A stretch of DNA of 64,000 bases, taken from assembly GCF_009914755.1 (NCBI RefSeq), contig NC_060936.1. One strand, given 5' to 3'. Numbering within the stretch: position 1 is the stretch's first letter; the number at the start of each line of letters is the position of its first letter. Both the position numbers and the translations under genes were made by a program. The notes beneath the pieces are model-generated. The model was given only the letters and a program-made list of their open reading frames with translations. It was not told the origin of the DNA and ran no database searches. Positions 14,271 to 29,219 of the stretch are shown here, one piece after another. Source of the stretch: the human T2T-CHM13v2.0 reference genome, Homo sapiens.

Positions 14271-14622
14271 AGAATATGTATCTTCTACTTCTTGTCTCTC
14301 TAATTTGCCATAGTCTCCACCCATCTCTACTGCTTCCCACTTGTCTTCCACTTCTCTCATTTATATTCCCTGCCTGGTCTCTGCACACAGTTATGCTTCT
14401 GATACCTGTTGTTGGGATAGAGAAGTCAGCAGAGGCCAGATTCCCTAGACCCTTGAAGGCTGTTTTGTCTTTATCTTTAAAGCAATGAGGATCTGTTAAA
14501 CCATTTGAAAGAGGGGAACAATTGGACTTTTGTGATTTGAAAAAGAACTCTCTGGTATATAATATGCTCACCAGAAGACAGGACCTGGACTATTCATAGT
14601 TGTAGAATTTATAAGAATTCCT

Positions 14623-14951
<329 letters not shown>

Positions 14952-14964
14952 CTAACTGAAAACT

Positions 14965-15345
14965 TCCCAATGCCTGTTAACAGTAGAATTAAGAAATCAT
15001 TGAATAACTGTGGCCTATTCACACAATGAGTCCTATGCAGAGATTAAAAAGAATGATCTACAACTACCCACAATAACACAAATGACTCTCACAAAAATGA
15101 GACACAAGAGAGGGCATGCCTTAAAATTCCACTTAGGTAAAGTATAAAAAGAAATCATACTAGTTTATGGTGTTACAAGTCCAGATACCAGTTGCCCTCG
15201 GGCAAAGAGGGATACAAGGGGTTTGATGAGGTTCTGTTTCTCATGGGTGCTGGTTACACGATGTGTTTAGTTTGTGACAATTTATTAAGCTGGACACTTG
15301 AGACCTGTGCCATTCTCTGATGGTCCATGAATTTAAATATTTTTA
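14965..15345 (+). mobile_element. Old L1 (L1ME-like) 3' UTR
   Basis: ctgtggcctattcacacaatg...gttctgtttc...gggtgctggttacacgatgtgtttagtttgtga. Confidence 0.75.
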
Positions 15346-16799
15346 AAATGAACTTTTTTGGTACCATTTTCGAAATGATGGTGGCTGGCCCAAGATAGTG
15401 GTTCTCAAACTTTTCAAGAATGGAGTTAAAAAATGATAAATAGGAGATAAAACCTACTAAACTTGGATTTGCAGAGATGAATGAGGAATGGGGGTAGAGG
15501 GAGATTTGGGGGCAGGAAAAACAACATGAGAACAACGACAGCCATTGGAGGGTTCCAGGTATGTTCAGAAGAAAAAGGGAAATCATTCATCTCGACTCTT
15601 AATAAAGTGGAGTGAGAATAACAGGAAACTACACAGATATCCCCCTACACCAAGTCAGGGATTCAAAGGAACTCAGAGGAAAAATAAATGCATAATTTGC
15701 TGATGAAACATTTACTTGCTTAAAAATGTCACATGATTTAAAAACACATGTAATAAGAATGGATGTGTGCCATGGAAAGTTGTCCCCCATAAATTTCCTC
15801 TAAAGGTGTCTAAAGTATCCTTCCTTTCCTTCAGGTACCATCTGCTTTAGGACTCTCTCTGCTTCCTCCTCTCCTCTCCAACCTCACAAATATCTTTATC
15901 AAATTCTTGTTGAAACATGGAAAAGAAAAATATTTCCAGCAGTGAAAGCTTTAACTTGTCACCTCCTGTTCTTCTCGAATTTCTAAAGCACGGAGGCCCA
16001 GAGAATATGTTTCCAATATCCTCTCGTCTCTCTCTGTTAGCATTTTGCTCCCTTCTACACCAAGGAGGTTCTGACCCCTGGTGTCTCTTGGGGATGAGGG
16101 GTTTGGAGTGGGGTCAGGCTTGTCAGAAAGGGAGAAGCCACGGCCGCCTTGAACAGCCCACGTCCCCCGGCTCCTTTAATACATTTAACCTGGAAGAGGC
16201 ATTGCTCCAGCCAAGATTAGATTACGGGGTTGGTGAAGGTGGCCTAACAAATGGCAAATGGTGGCATGTGAGGCTGAGCTAATCTCTGTTGACACGCATC
16301 TAATGCAAGGCCCGTGTTGAAGGCAGCGGGTCCCGTCTGCAGCTCCAGTCTGCCTTGATGACCAAAGGGGGAGGCGAGGCCCAGGGAAAGCCACTGAGAT
16401 GCCTGTCTCTTTCAATCTGAGAGCGCCTGGAGTGTGCACGTCATTATTTAAAGGTCTCCTGGTACCAGCTAAATGTCTCTGCTTCCTATGGGCACTGAGG
16501 TCGAGTTCAGCTTTTCTCAGAATGAGCTTTTGATTATTGGAATTCTCTAAAATCATGTTGACCTCCCTGGAAGTCTGAGAATTATATCATTCATTCATTC
16601 AACGAATTTGGATTAATTTCTCTTTTGTGCAGAGCCCTAGTAGAGGTGCGTCAGACTCCAATTCTTTGTTCCCTGTGAAAGTCACATAGATAAGTCCAAC
16701 TCTACTACCTCCTATGAGAAGTTGGACAGATTTAAATTTTTCAAGTCCCGGTTTCCTCATCTAGTGCTTGTCTGGCTCCTACATTTACTCCAGGGCCCT

Positions 16800-17175
16800 T
16801 GATATGGATTTGTGTCCCTGCCCACATCTCATATTGAATTATAATACCCAGTGTTGGAGGAGGGGTCTGGTGAGAGGTGATTGGATCATGGGGGTGGATT
16901 TCCCACTTGCTGTTCTCATGATAGTGAGTGAGTCCTCACAAGATCTGCTTGTTTATAAGTGTGTAACACCTCCACCTTAGCTCTCTTCCTCCTGCTCTGG
17001 GCATGTAAGATGTTGCCTTCTTCCCCTTTGCCTCCCATCATGATTGTAAGTTTCCCAAGGCCTCCCCAGAACCTGTACAGCCTGAAGAAATGTGAGCCAA
17101 TTAAACCTCTTTTCTTTTTGTAAATTACCCCGTCTCAGATAGTTCTGTATAACAAAGAGAGAATGGATGAATACA
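16800..17175 (+). mobile_element. MSTA-like MaLR solo LTR
   Basis: TGATATGG...AATACA termini, gccaattaaacctcttt, perfect 5-bp TSD gccct at 16795-16799 and 17176-17180. Confidence 0.93.
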
Positions 17176-17354
17176 GCCCTGCACATGCTAGTAACTATTT
17201 GTAGAACAGGATCATCTATAGAATAAACACAGCTGACTAGAAATACACATGCACAGCAGAATTTAGTAGCCTAATCATGTATCCAAATGCCATCTACATG
17301 TTATATTTTGTGGCAAAAAGTTTGTCATCTCTACTTTCCCCCTGCTTCCATCCC

Positions 17355-17505
17355 ACTAACTAGAATGTAAGATCCACAAAGGCAAGGATTCTCAAGCACC
17401 TGGATTAGTGGCTGAATTGTTGTTAGGAGTATAATAAATATTTGGAAAGCATCTATCAAATAGTGAGTTAATGAGTAAATGAATGAATGAATAAATGAAT
17501 GGAAA
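17355..17505 (+). mobile_element. L2 3' end
   Basis: actagaatgtaagatccacaaaggcaagg...aataaatatttg...(tgaa)n. Confidence 0.7.
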
Positions 17506-17649
17506 AATTTATTGGATCAATCCTCCTGGAAGGTAGACCATTGACATATTTAACATCTCTGCATATCATTTTATTTCCCTTCTCTCTTTTTCAATAAGAT
17601 CAATTCTTCTGCCTTTTAAATATTAATTAAGCTATCACACATTTGGTAC

Positions 17650-17880
17650 CATGTAGCCAGGCTCTGTGGCCAGATAATCTGGGCTTCAATTTTACCTTCA
17701 TCACCTGTTAATTGGGTGATTTTGGCAAGTCATTAGGCCTCTGTGTGTGTCCAATAACTCAGTTGTAGAATGGAGGAAATTACCAACTACTCAATTAGGT
17801 TGGTGTGAGGTTCAAATGAGTTTATGTAGGTCAAGTGCTAAAAACAGTGCCTCACACATTGGTAGCTATTACAAATGTTC
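17650..17880 (+). mobile_element. MIR
   Basis: ctgggcttcaatt...gtgattttggcaagtcatt...gtgtgaggttcaaatgag...aaaacagtgcct. Confidence 0.7.
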
Positions 17881-17930
17881 ATAAGTGTTGAATAATGTTG
17901 ATATTTAGTAAAGTAAATCTATTTGAGAGA

Positions 17931-18060
17931 GGCTGGGTGTATAATGGCTCATGCCTGTAATCCCAGCACTTTGGGAGGCCAAGGCAGGATTGTTGAGCAG
18001 AGTCCAGGAGTTCAAGACCAGCCTGGGTTAACATAGTTAGACCCTCTCTATATAAAAAAT
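17931..18060 (+). mobile_element. Free left Alu monomer (FLAM-like), followed by (CA)n at 18073-18102
   Basis: Left arm only, ending ccctctctatataaaaaa; no right arm follows. Confidence 0.85.
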
Positions 18061-18068
18061 CACATACA

Positions 18069-18103
<35 letters not shown>

Positions 18104-18174
18104 CTAGCTGAGAATAAAGAAACTACAAATAATATTAGAAAACAGAAAGAAAAATATAAACATGAGGGCTAGTT

Positions 18175-19625
<1,451 letters not shown>

Positions 19626-19959
19626 CGACCATAATGTTTAAAATAAAAAGCACACTATATAAATACACACATATAATTTACATCACAACAAAATAATCAA
19701 TATTCTGGAAGTAGAAGTTACCAGATTAAAGAAACAGAGGACAAGCGTCATTGAACAAGCATCATAGAAGACAGTATTCAAAAACTTTATCCCCCAAAAA
19801 GATTCAGAGGTCAATTTTAATAGTCAGTTTTTCAACGTGGATACATTGGTAATTTTCATGCCATACGTATACATTTGTTTTAGACCATAGGGAAAGATGA
19901 ATCACTGCGTACTGCATTCTTTGCAGCTGTGACACTGGCAACACAGCGGAAGACCAAAT

Positions 19960-21185
19960 TGATACAAGAAAAGAAAGCTACAGACTAATCTCACCTAGAA
20001 TCATAAATGCAAAAATCCTTACTAATTAACTTAAATATTACGTTAAAAACACGAGTCTTCATGTTCAGTGAGGGCTTATGCTAGAATACAATATAAAATA
20101 GCTCATCTGTATACCAAAGTAAAAATGTATAATAATTTCGATAGATTCATAAAAGGCATTAAAAAACATCAACATCATTTTACCAAAACATCTTTCAGAA
20201 AACTTGGAATAGAAGGATAGATATTTTTCGTAAAACTTTCTAAAGATTGCCTATCTTAAAACCACATGCAGAGTGCTATTTAATAGCAACTTGTATAAGT
20301 ATTTTTGTCAGAATTGAAATATTAGGTTGGTGCAAAACTAATGGCAAAAATCACAATTACTGTTATGTCAACCTACTGAGACAATGATATTCACTATCAC
20401 CATTAGCATTTAACATCTTTCCTGGGAGATGAGATGTAGGCAACATAAGAATTCATAAGACAGAAATAGATTAATAGACATAAAAAAGGAAAAAAAAAAG
20501 TCCTTTGCAGATGATATAATATTCTACCTGAAAACACAAAGGAAACAATTGAAAATCATCAAAACCCAATAAAGAGTTTAGTTGCATTGCCAGATACTAC
20601 ATAAAACATTCAGAAATCAATAGTTTTCTTAAACAGCAACAAATGGCTAAAAAATAAAAGGGACTCAGCTTCAATAGCAACCATTTTTATTAAATGCCTA
20701 GAAAACAATACAAAATATATAATACCATATGCAAAAAATTACTAAACATTCCTAAAAGGCATATGAAAATATTTGATTGAATGAAAAGATTCAACATTCT
20801 AAAGATGTCATTTCCTTCCAATTGTTTAAGATGCAACGCAATTCTAAAACAAAATACCAGTGATTACTTTTGTGAGTTGCCACTAAGGGGCAGGAGGGTG
20901 GCAAAGTAGTTTTCAAGTTCCTTTGGATGAGTAAATGTACAAGTTTAGCCAAGAATTTCTTTCCAAGGATGAAAGTATTTGCCTTTCCAGATGATAATGT
21001 TAACTAGCAACAATAATCAGATCATATGCATTGGAGGAAGGGTTGAGAGAATGTGCTCGAAGAGATAGAAGAGTGGACACAGAAATAGACTTTATTCAAT
21101 GATTTAGTGTTTGATAAAGGTGGCAGCATGGCTCAGGGGAAATGAAGGGTTATTCAAAACAGGTGCTGGAGCATTGGATCTCTGA
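19960..21185 (+). mobile_element. Highly decayed L1 ORF2 (RT region) relic
   Basis: tacagactaatctc...aatgcaaaaatcct; ctttgcagatgatataat (FADD motif remnant); aagattcaacattctaaagatgtc. Confidence 0.75.
20322..20376. mobile_element. MADE1 mariner MITE, internally deleted
   Basis: ttaggttggtgcaaaa...taatggcaaaaatcacaattac...caaccta. Confidence 0.8.
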
Positions 21186-21544
21186 CAGGTCCTCATCCGC
21201 TCTAAAGACTGCTTTTGAGCTTAATCATATTTCATTAACCTCCATGGTATCTTTTGCAGAATCTGCATCACCAAATTGCCTTTTTAAGGGCTTTTCAGGG
21301 GTACGAGAAGAAAGATAAAGTGATAAAGAAGAGCAAGATCCTATGAGGGTGAAATTCTGACCTCATTTCTTTTGCTGGTTCTCATTTCAGGTCATTTGAG
21401 GCAGCAGATACTCGGGTGCTAAAAATCCCTCCAAACATCTCAACATTTTTTCCCCCTCGGGATCAGTATGGTGTCACGGGAAGAAGTTTAAAGAATGAAT
21501 AGCATGTCCAGCCATCCCACTGTGTGTCTATAGATGCCAGGCCA

Positions 21545-22270
21545 GCCCAGGAGGCAAGATGGTACCGTGTTAGAAGTACCCTGGCAGACCTAAGTTCAAA
21601 CTTCACCTCTGCTACTTTCTGGCTGTGTGGGCAATTTTGGGCAAGTTACACAGCCTCAATTTCCCCACCCACAAAATGGGAGTTATGCTACCTATCTCAA
21701 AAATCACAATGAGGATTAATTCAGTTACTAACAATATCTCCTTTTAGACACACCGTGCCTCAGTTTCCCCATCTATACATTACTTGTACCTACCTCATGG
21801 GATTTGTATTAGTCAGTATTAGATATCATACTGGTAATAAAGACATACTGGAGACTGGGTAATTTATAAAGAAGAAGAGGTGTAATGGACTCACAGTTCT
21901 ACGTGGCTGGGGAGGCCTCACAATCATGGCAGAAGGCAAAGGAGAAGCAAAGGCATGTCTTACATGGTGGCAGGCAGGGACAGCATGTGCAGGGGAACTC
22001 ACCTTTATAAAGCCATCACATCTCATGAGGCTTATTGACTATGGCTAGAACAGCACAGGCAAAACCCACCCCCCATGATTCAGTTACCTCCCACTCGTCC
22101 CTCCCACAACACATGGAGATTATTGGAGCTACAATTCAAGAAGAGATTTGGGTAGGGACACAGCCAACCCATATCAGGATTGCTGTGAGAATTAAGTGAT
22201 TTAATATACAACAAAGATCCTAGAAGTGTTCTAGAACATGGCAAATACTCATTGTATGCTGTCAATTAAT
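21545..22270 (+). mobile_element. MIR fragments, the second split by THE1D
   Basis: gcctcagtttccccatcta...cctacctcatgggatt | ggattgctgtgagaattaagtga. Confidence 0.75.
21805..22176 (-). mobile_element. THE1D-like solo LTR
   Basis: tgtattagtc...ccatatca termini; perfect TSD ggatt at 21800-21804 and 22177-22181. Confidence 0.93.
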
Positions 22271-23877
22271 TTTATTATAGTCAAATCCAGATATTTGTTA
22301 AATATTCAACTGATAATGGTTATAATTATTATTAATAGCTTTTTATAATATCATTAGTCAGTATGTATTATTACAATATCTAACTGATTTTTTAACCTAA
22401 CAAACTAATTTTCTTGCTGAGCTGATTTATCTGTTGTCTCATAGATGCACTTTCAGATTCCTGATGGCAGCCGCTATAAGCAAAAGTTTCCTGGAGGTGC
22501 TCCTCTCTCTCCAATCAGCTTCCCAGTTCTACAAAACTGGACTTCAGGTTGTCACATATAGAGGTTTTCAACCACTATCAGCTTTGGTCTTCCATGGTAT
22601 TCAGCAAAGAACTAGCCCACATATTGTAGTGAAGACTCCCTTAGATCACATGACAGTATTTGAGACTGGAGATGCCATGTAGTGAGTTTGTTTTTTTTTT
22701 TTGAAATGAGAAGCGAGACATCAACTCACGGGTAAAGTACCCATAGCCGTTATTTTTTCCCTCCATTCTTCCCTCTCTCCCTTCACCCCAGCTAAAGACA
22801 GAATTTGACTTCAAATTAATTTGAGGCCAATGTTTTTCATACTGCTAGTGCTGAGAGAAGAAAGGCAACGGCTTCTCACCCGTGTTAACTTATACTTTCT
22901 CTTAACCCAAGGAATCAATACTGTATCACTTAGTCCTGGGAAGAGGGAGTAAAAGGTAGTTGCCTGAATGAACCTTTGGCATTCATTTATCTACAGAACC
23001 CTCCAAAAACAAAATTCCTATTGAAAGGAAACCTGCACAGCACCAGCTTGTACCTTGCACCTGTTCTGTTAAAGTCATTCACAGAGCAGAATACATTAGA
23101 ATAGATAAAATGTTTTGGTGTGCAATCAGTCTATTTAGCATTTATTGCCTCAGAAAAACAATAAGAGGGAGAGAGAGAGAGAGAAATACATCCAGAGATA
23201 TCATAGGATTTCTGGAAAGAAAGGGAAAAATTATCTCAGTAATATAGTATTGTCTTCCTTCCTTCCAAAAAAAAAAAAATGCCTCTCAGAGCTAGACATT
23301 TCCATCGAATAGCTCTATTAATGTTTTTCTCCCATGAGAAAATGTTCTGTTGGATTGGATTTCAGGCAGTGAAAAGTCCAGGTTGCCAGAACTAGCTTGA
23401 GGCTGTAGTGTGGTAGGGCTGGGGAAAAAAGATCAAGAGAAGTATTGGAGCACCCTCCGGCATGCACAAGCTGCTCCTGCCTCACTCTCCAGGCCAAGGT
23501 AAACGTGAAATCCAATGCTCAAAAAAATCTGAGTGTTTGTCATTGCTCAGAGAGAAAAATGCAACAGTTCCAGAAAAAGACTGCATTCACATTCTATGGG
23601 GAGCTTATACATTCAAGAAGCATGTACTGAGTAGCTGGCTACATGTTCCATGCTGTCTGCATTCACCCTTCACTGTAGATGAGAGACCACCTACTGTCCT
23701 CATTTTACAGATATAAGCCTGAAGTCAGCCAGCCCCACGTGGTTTCTCTGTTTTAACTGATGTCAGTGCTCTTGCAGACAACTGTTCGCATCAAAAGCAT
23801 TCAGTGGTGAGCTATGCAGATTTTGCTGAAGGTTCCGCAGGGCAAAGGGGAGAGGATGTTTACATCACAAACTCACC

Positions 23878-23886
23878 AAAAAAAAA

Positions 23887-23934
<48 letters not shown>

Positions 23935-23955
23935 CAAACAAACAAACAAAAAACA
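23878..23955. repeat. polyA-(AC)n-(AAAC)n compound repeat
   Basis: Read directly. Confidence 0.95.
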
Positions 23956-24219
23956 ATGAAAGCTCCTCATTGGGCAAGTAGTCTCTATAGCTGACTCCTC
24001 CTTGTGCTTCCATCAGTGGAAAGTGTTCTCCATCCTTTGCCCAATGCGGTACCTGGCTTCTTTCCCGTTCCTCCTGCAGTTCCTCTGATGGAGCCTCAAA
24101 TGCCTCCTCTTATTATGTAGTACACTTCACCCCCAGCCTAATTCCACTTCCAAGTATGTGCACCAACTCCCATCACAGGGTTAACCAACCCTTCCTACTA
24201 AGACATTCCCCACTGTGCC

Positions 24220-26506
24220 TGATATGGTTTGGCTGTGTCCCCATTCAAATCTCAACTTGAACTCTCTTTCCCAGAATTCCTACGTGTTGTGGGAGGGACC
24301 CAGGGGGAGGTAATTGAATCATGGGGCCAGTCTTCTCCACGCTGTTCTCGTGATAGTGAATACATCTCATGAGATCAGATGGGTTTATCAAGGGTTTCCG
24401 CTTTTGCTTCTTCCTCATTTTTTTCTTGCTGCTGCCATGTAAGAAGAGCCTTTCACCTCCCACCATGATTCTGAGGCCTCCCCAGCCATGTGGAACTATA
24501 AGTCCAATTAAACCTCTTTTTCTTTCCAGTCTTGGGTATGTCTTTATCAGCAGTATAAAAATGGACTAATATAGTAAATTGGTACCAGTAGAGTGGTGCT
24601 TTGCTGAAAAGATACCCGAAAATGTGGAAGCAACTTTGGAACTGGGTAACAGGCAGAGGCTGGAACAGTTTGGAGGGTTCAGAAGAAGACAGGAAAATAT
24701 GGGAAAGTATGGAACCTCCTAGAGACTTGTTGAATGGCTTTGACAAAAATGCTGATAGTGATATGAACAATAAGGTCCAGGCTGAGGTGGTCTCAGATGG
24801 ACGTGAGGAACTTGTTGGGAACTGGAGCAAAGGTAACTCTTGTTATGTTTTAGCAAACAGACTGGTGGTATTTTGCTCCTGCCCTGGAGATTTGTGGAAC
24901 TTTGAACTTGAGCGAGATGATTTAAGATATCTGGCAGCAGAAATTTCCAAGCAGAAAAGCATTCAAGAGGGACTTAGGTGCTGTTAAAAGCGTTCCATTT
25001 TAAAAGGGAAACAGAGCAAAAAAGTTTAGAAAATTTGCAGCCCGATGATGCAGTAGAAAAGAAAAACCAATTTTTTGAGGAGAAATTCAAGCCAGCTGCA
25101 GAAATCTGCATAAATAGCAAGGAGCCTAATGCTAATCCCCAAGACCATGGGGAAAATGTCTCCAGGCCATGTCAGAGACCTTCCCGGCAGCCCCTCCCAT
25201 CACAGGCCGGGAGGCCCAAGAGGAAAAAGTGGTTTTGTGGGCCAGGCCTAGGGTCCCCATGCTGCGTGCAGCCTATGGATTTGGTGCCCTGTGTTCCAGC
25301 CACTCCAGCCATGGCCTAAAGAGGCCAATGTACAGCTCAGGCTGTGGCTTCAGAGGGTGGAAGCCCCAAGCCTTGACAGCTTCCAGATGGTGTTGAGCCT
25401 GTGAGTACACAGAACTCAAGAATTGAGGTTTGGAACCTCTGCCTAGATTTCAGAGGAGGTATGGAAATGCCTGGATGCCCAGGCAAAACTTTGCTGCAGG
25501 GGCGGGGCCCTCATGGAGAACCTCTGCTAGGTCAGTGTGGAAGGAAGATGCGGGGTTGGAGGCCCCCCTCACAGAGTCCCTACTGGGGCACTGCCTAGTG
25601 GAGCTGTGAGAAGAGGGCCACTGTCCTCTAGACCCCAGAATGGTAGATCCACTGACAGCTTGCACTGTGTGTCTGGAAAAGCTGCAGACACTCAATGCCA
25701 GCCCATGAAAGCAGCTGGGAGGGAGGCTGTACCCTGCAAAGCCACAGGGGCAGAGCTTCCCACGTCCGTGGGAACCCACCTCTTACATCAGTGTGACCTG
25801 GGTATGAGACCTGGAATCAAAAGACATTATTTGGGAGCTTTAAAATTTGACTGCCCCATTGGATTTCAGACTTACATGGACCCTGTAACTTCTTTATTTT
25901 GGCCAGTTTCTCCCATTTGGAATGACTGTATTTACCCAATGCCTGTAACCCTATTGTATCTGGGAAGTAACTAACTTGCTTTTGATTTTACAGGCTCATA
26001 GGTGAAAGGGATTTGCCTTGTCTTAGGTGAGACTTTGGACTGTGGACTTTTGGGTTAATGCTGAAATGAGTTAAGACTTTGGAGTGCTGTTGGGAAGGCA
26101 TGATTGGTTTTGAAATGTGAGAACATGAGATTTGGAGGAGCCAGGGGTGGAACGATATGGTTTGGCTGTGTCCTTATTCACATCTCAACTTGAATTGTAC
26201 CTCCCAGAATTCCCAAGTGTTGTGGGAGGGACCCAGAGGAAGGTAATTGAATCATGGGGGCCAGTCTTTCCTGTGCTACTCTCATGATAGTGAGTAAGTC
26301 TCATGAGATCTGATGGGTTTATCAGGGGTTTCTGCTTTTGTTTCTTTCTCATTTTTCTCTGCCACCACCATGTAAGAAGTGTCATTCACCTCCCGCCATG
26401 ATTCTGAGGCCTCCCCAGCCATGTGCCACCATAAGTCCAATTAAACCTCTTTTTCTTCCCAGCCTCAGGTATGTCTTCATCAGCAGTGTGAAAATGGACT
26501 AATACA
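24220..26506 (+). mobile_element. Full-length THE1A MaLR element: 5' LTR 24220-24573, internal 24574-26152, 3' LTR 26153-26506
   Basis: Two homologous ~354-bp LTRs; internal region starts gtaaattggtacc and ends in purine tract ggagccaggggtggaa; TSD gtgcc / gtacc. Confidence 0.96.
24601..25974 (+). pseudogene. Frameshifted THE1 internal ORF remnants (24601-24987, 24978-25319, 25537-25974)
   Basis: WNWVTGRGWNSLEGSEEDRK and LWNFELERDDL are characteristic MaLR internal ORF sequence; broken across frames. Confidence 0.8.
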
Positions 26507-26774
26507 GTACCTTTTTTGGATCAGTGAGGGTAGAGAGGCAGAGTGGGGTATGCTGGTCTCTTGCCAAGCTGGGTAAACAAAGGCCAAGAGAAGGGAGGCA
26601 ATTATCTTGCTGTTAGGGAATAATAAGTTTCCAAATTCAGACATTCTAGTGTCTTTCACCTCTAGATCAGCCCACCTCTCCCAAAGCTCTGTGAAATTAA
26701 CCAACAATTATGATTCTGGAAAAGAAAACAGAAAATAAAGGGTATGGTATAAAAATGCAAGAGTATTAGGCATC

Positions 26775-27080
26775 AAGAATACTAGATCTAAAAGGGAAGT
26801 CAGAGGTCAACACTGGTACACAGTGCCTAGAATTTCCTTTAATATCCAAGCACATTGGATTTTGTGCCTTGTCTTGGATACTCCCAGTGGCAGAGAGCTT
26901 AGTATCTCTTGAGACAATCTATTCCACTTTGGACAGCTCTGGGCAATTTTTCCTTTTCCCTGAGCCAAACTCAACTTTCCTTCAACTTTAACAATTGCTA
27001 ATTCTTCCTTCTGGATCTATATAGCATAAATCAAGTGCCTCTTTAACATGATGTCTTTCTAATATTTGATGGCAGCTAAA
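26775..27080 (-). mobile_element. L3/CR1 relic
   Basis: cttggatactcccagtggcagagagct...ctattccactttggacagctct...ttctaatatttgatggcagct. Confidence 0.6.
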
Positions 27081-27084
27081 CCAT

Positions 27085-27250
27085 ATGTTATCTCATTCAG
27101 AAGCTTCCTGACCTCCTTGTGAGGTAGAGGTATTTTTCACACCCATTATACAGATGAGAAAGTAGTCTAAGTGAGGTGAGGAATATCTGAAAACTTAGAG
27201 CAAGGGAGTCTCAGAGACTGGGCTTGAACCCGAGACACAAAGATTTGAGC
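27085..27250 (-). mobile_element. MIR
   Basis: gtgaggtag...cccattatacagatgagaaa...gggcttgaaccc. Confidence 0.7.
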
Positions 27251-27778
27251 CCCCAGCAAAAGGCAATTTGAATAGCTTCTCGATCTATTATTGTAATTAG
27301 ACTACGTTAACTTTATTAGCTGTTCCTGATGTCAGCAAAACTGATCCATAAAAAATGTGAAATGTATATTGAAAGCATTCAAATAAGAAAGGAAGAAAAG
27401 AAACATAGAGGAAGGAAAAAGAAAGGACACAGGCAGAGGCAGAGAAACTTCAGTATGTAGATAGAGAAGAGAAAGAGAAGGAGAGGAGGGAGAGAGGGAA
27501 GAGAAAACTAAGACGCCAGTGATTCAAAGATGGTTACCAACCCTGATGCTGCTGGAATCCTGGAGGTCTTCTGAAGGTCTCCGTAGCTGGGGATTCCAGG
27601 AATTGGGACTTCTGCATCAATATCAAGAAAAGATAAAACCCTTTCCGCTTGTGGGTCCTGAATATCATCAATTTACAAGAGAGGGTAGAATATGCTTTTC
27701 TGTTGAACACAAGTAGAGGACACTTCAATTTGATATTGAAGAATATTTTAAATACATGGGTATTATTTTCCTCTAAAA

Positions 27779-27900
27779 CGGGGTTCTTAATATTGGATCC
27801 ATAAATTAAACTTCTAAGTTAAAGGGGTCTTTGAACCCCCCGAAATTATATATAAAACATTGTATGAGTATTCAATTATCTTTCTTTGTATTCTCAAATT
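27779..27900. mobile_element. MER103C-like MITE fragment
   Basis: ggggttcttaa...ggggtctttgaaccccccgaaattatat. Confidence 0.45.
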
Positions 27901-27903
27901 CTT

Positions 27904-28221
27904 CTTCTTCTTTTTTATTTTATTTATTTATTTATTATTTTTGAGAAAGTGTCTCAATCTGTTGCCCGGGCTGGTGTGCAGTAGTATGATCTCGGTTCAC
28001 TGCAACCTCTGCCCCGCCAGGCTCAAGTGATCCTCCCACCTCAGCCTTCCAAGTGGCTGAGACTACAGGCATGTGCCATCACACCCAGATAATTTTTGTA
28101 TTTTTTGGTAGAGATGGGTTTTCGCCATGTTGCCCAAGGTGGTGTCAAACTCCTGAGATCGAGTGATCTGCCGAACTTGGCCTCTCAAAGAACTGAGAGG
28201 CATGAGCCACTGTGCCCGGCC
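27904..28221 (-). mobile_element. Alu (old, AluJ-like)
   Basis: (TTTA)n tail, ggctcaagtgatcctcccacc; TSD tcaaattctt at 27894-27903 and 28222-28231. Confidence 0.93.
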
Positions 28222-29219
28222 TCAAATTCTTATTTGTTATATGACTTTGTGACATTTCCATAGTGGAGGCATAACTGATAAAATAGAGCAACCCAGAGTT
28301 TGGAAGAATAAGTCCTGGATCTCAGACTTCAGTGAGCCACTCACTAGTTTCAGCTTGCAAATTGAGACTTTCGCAGGCCATTTCTTCTCTGTAGGAGCTG
28401 GGCGTGAACTAGGACCACTTAAAATGTATTAGATGTTGTTTGGGGTGATGCTGGGAGCTGCCACCAGTCCCCTACTTTCTCCTCCCCGCTTCCAGCAAGG
28501 GTACTTTGTTGTATAACAGTTGTGTATGTATATGTGACCCTATGGCAACGTCATAACGGATTGAAGTAGGGCACATTGGATCCTCTCTCGTTGGGATTTG
28601 GAATGGAATTCAAAGATAATAGTCAGTCTCTGCTGGTTGGTGAAACTAAGCAGATGGAGAGGTGAGAGCTATGGATTGGCCATGCTTAGTCTACATGGAG
28701 AGCACAGGCGCTGATCTTAGGAGTGGAAGAGAAGAATACAGATGTCACAAGAGGATCAGAGAGAGTGTGTGGGTGTGAGGGTGTGTGTGGGAGAGAGAGA
28801 GGGAGGGAGGATATGTATCGTACATGTATGTGTGCATATGCACAGAGGAAAGCTCTGAAAAGATAACACATCAGACTAACAATAGTTGCTCTGGCTGGTG
28901 AGATTGAGTGCTTTTTATTCTCTTCCTCCTATTTCTCTGTATTGACTGTATTTTTTTTTTTTTGCAGCAGTCACACATTAATTTTATAATCAGCAAAAAT
29001 GATGAATCTATTTCCATTTGGGGAAAATTTTCTTTAGAAGGAATGCATCTGGGGACACTAGAATTTTCCCCATGCAAAGCCCAAGGGAGAGAGGGAGCCA
29101 GGGCTTAGGCCTTTGTAGTAAATATCTCCAGACCACACTAAATCCAATCTTCTCATTTGGGGTTATTTGCTTTCCGGACGGCAAGGCTGTGATGGATCCC
29201 AGATTCAGCACTCGTGGCA

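Noticed and set aside
24601-25974. THE1 internal ORF as a domesticated gene
   Set aside because: Broken by frameshifts and stops into at least three pieces.
28440-28700. Possible LTR16-like relic with an RFX-like half site (tatggcaac)
   Set aside because: Similarity too weak to call by eye.
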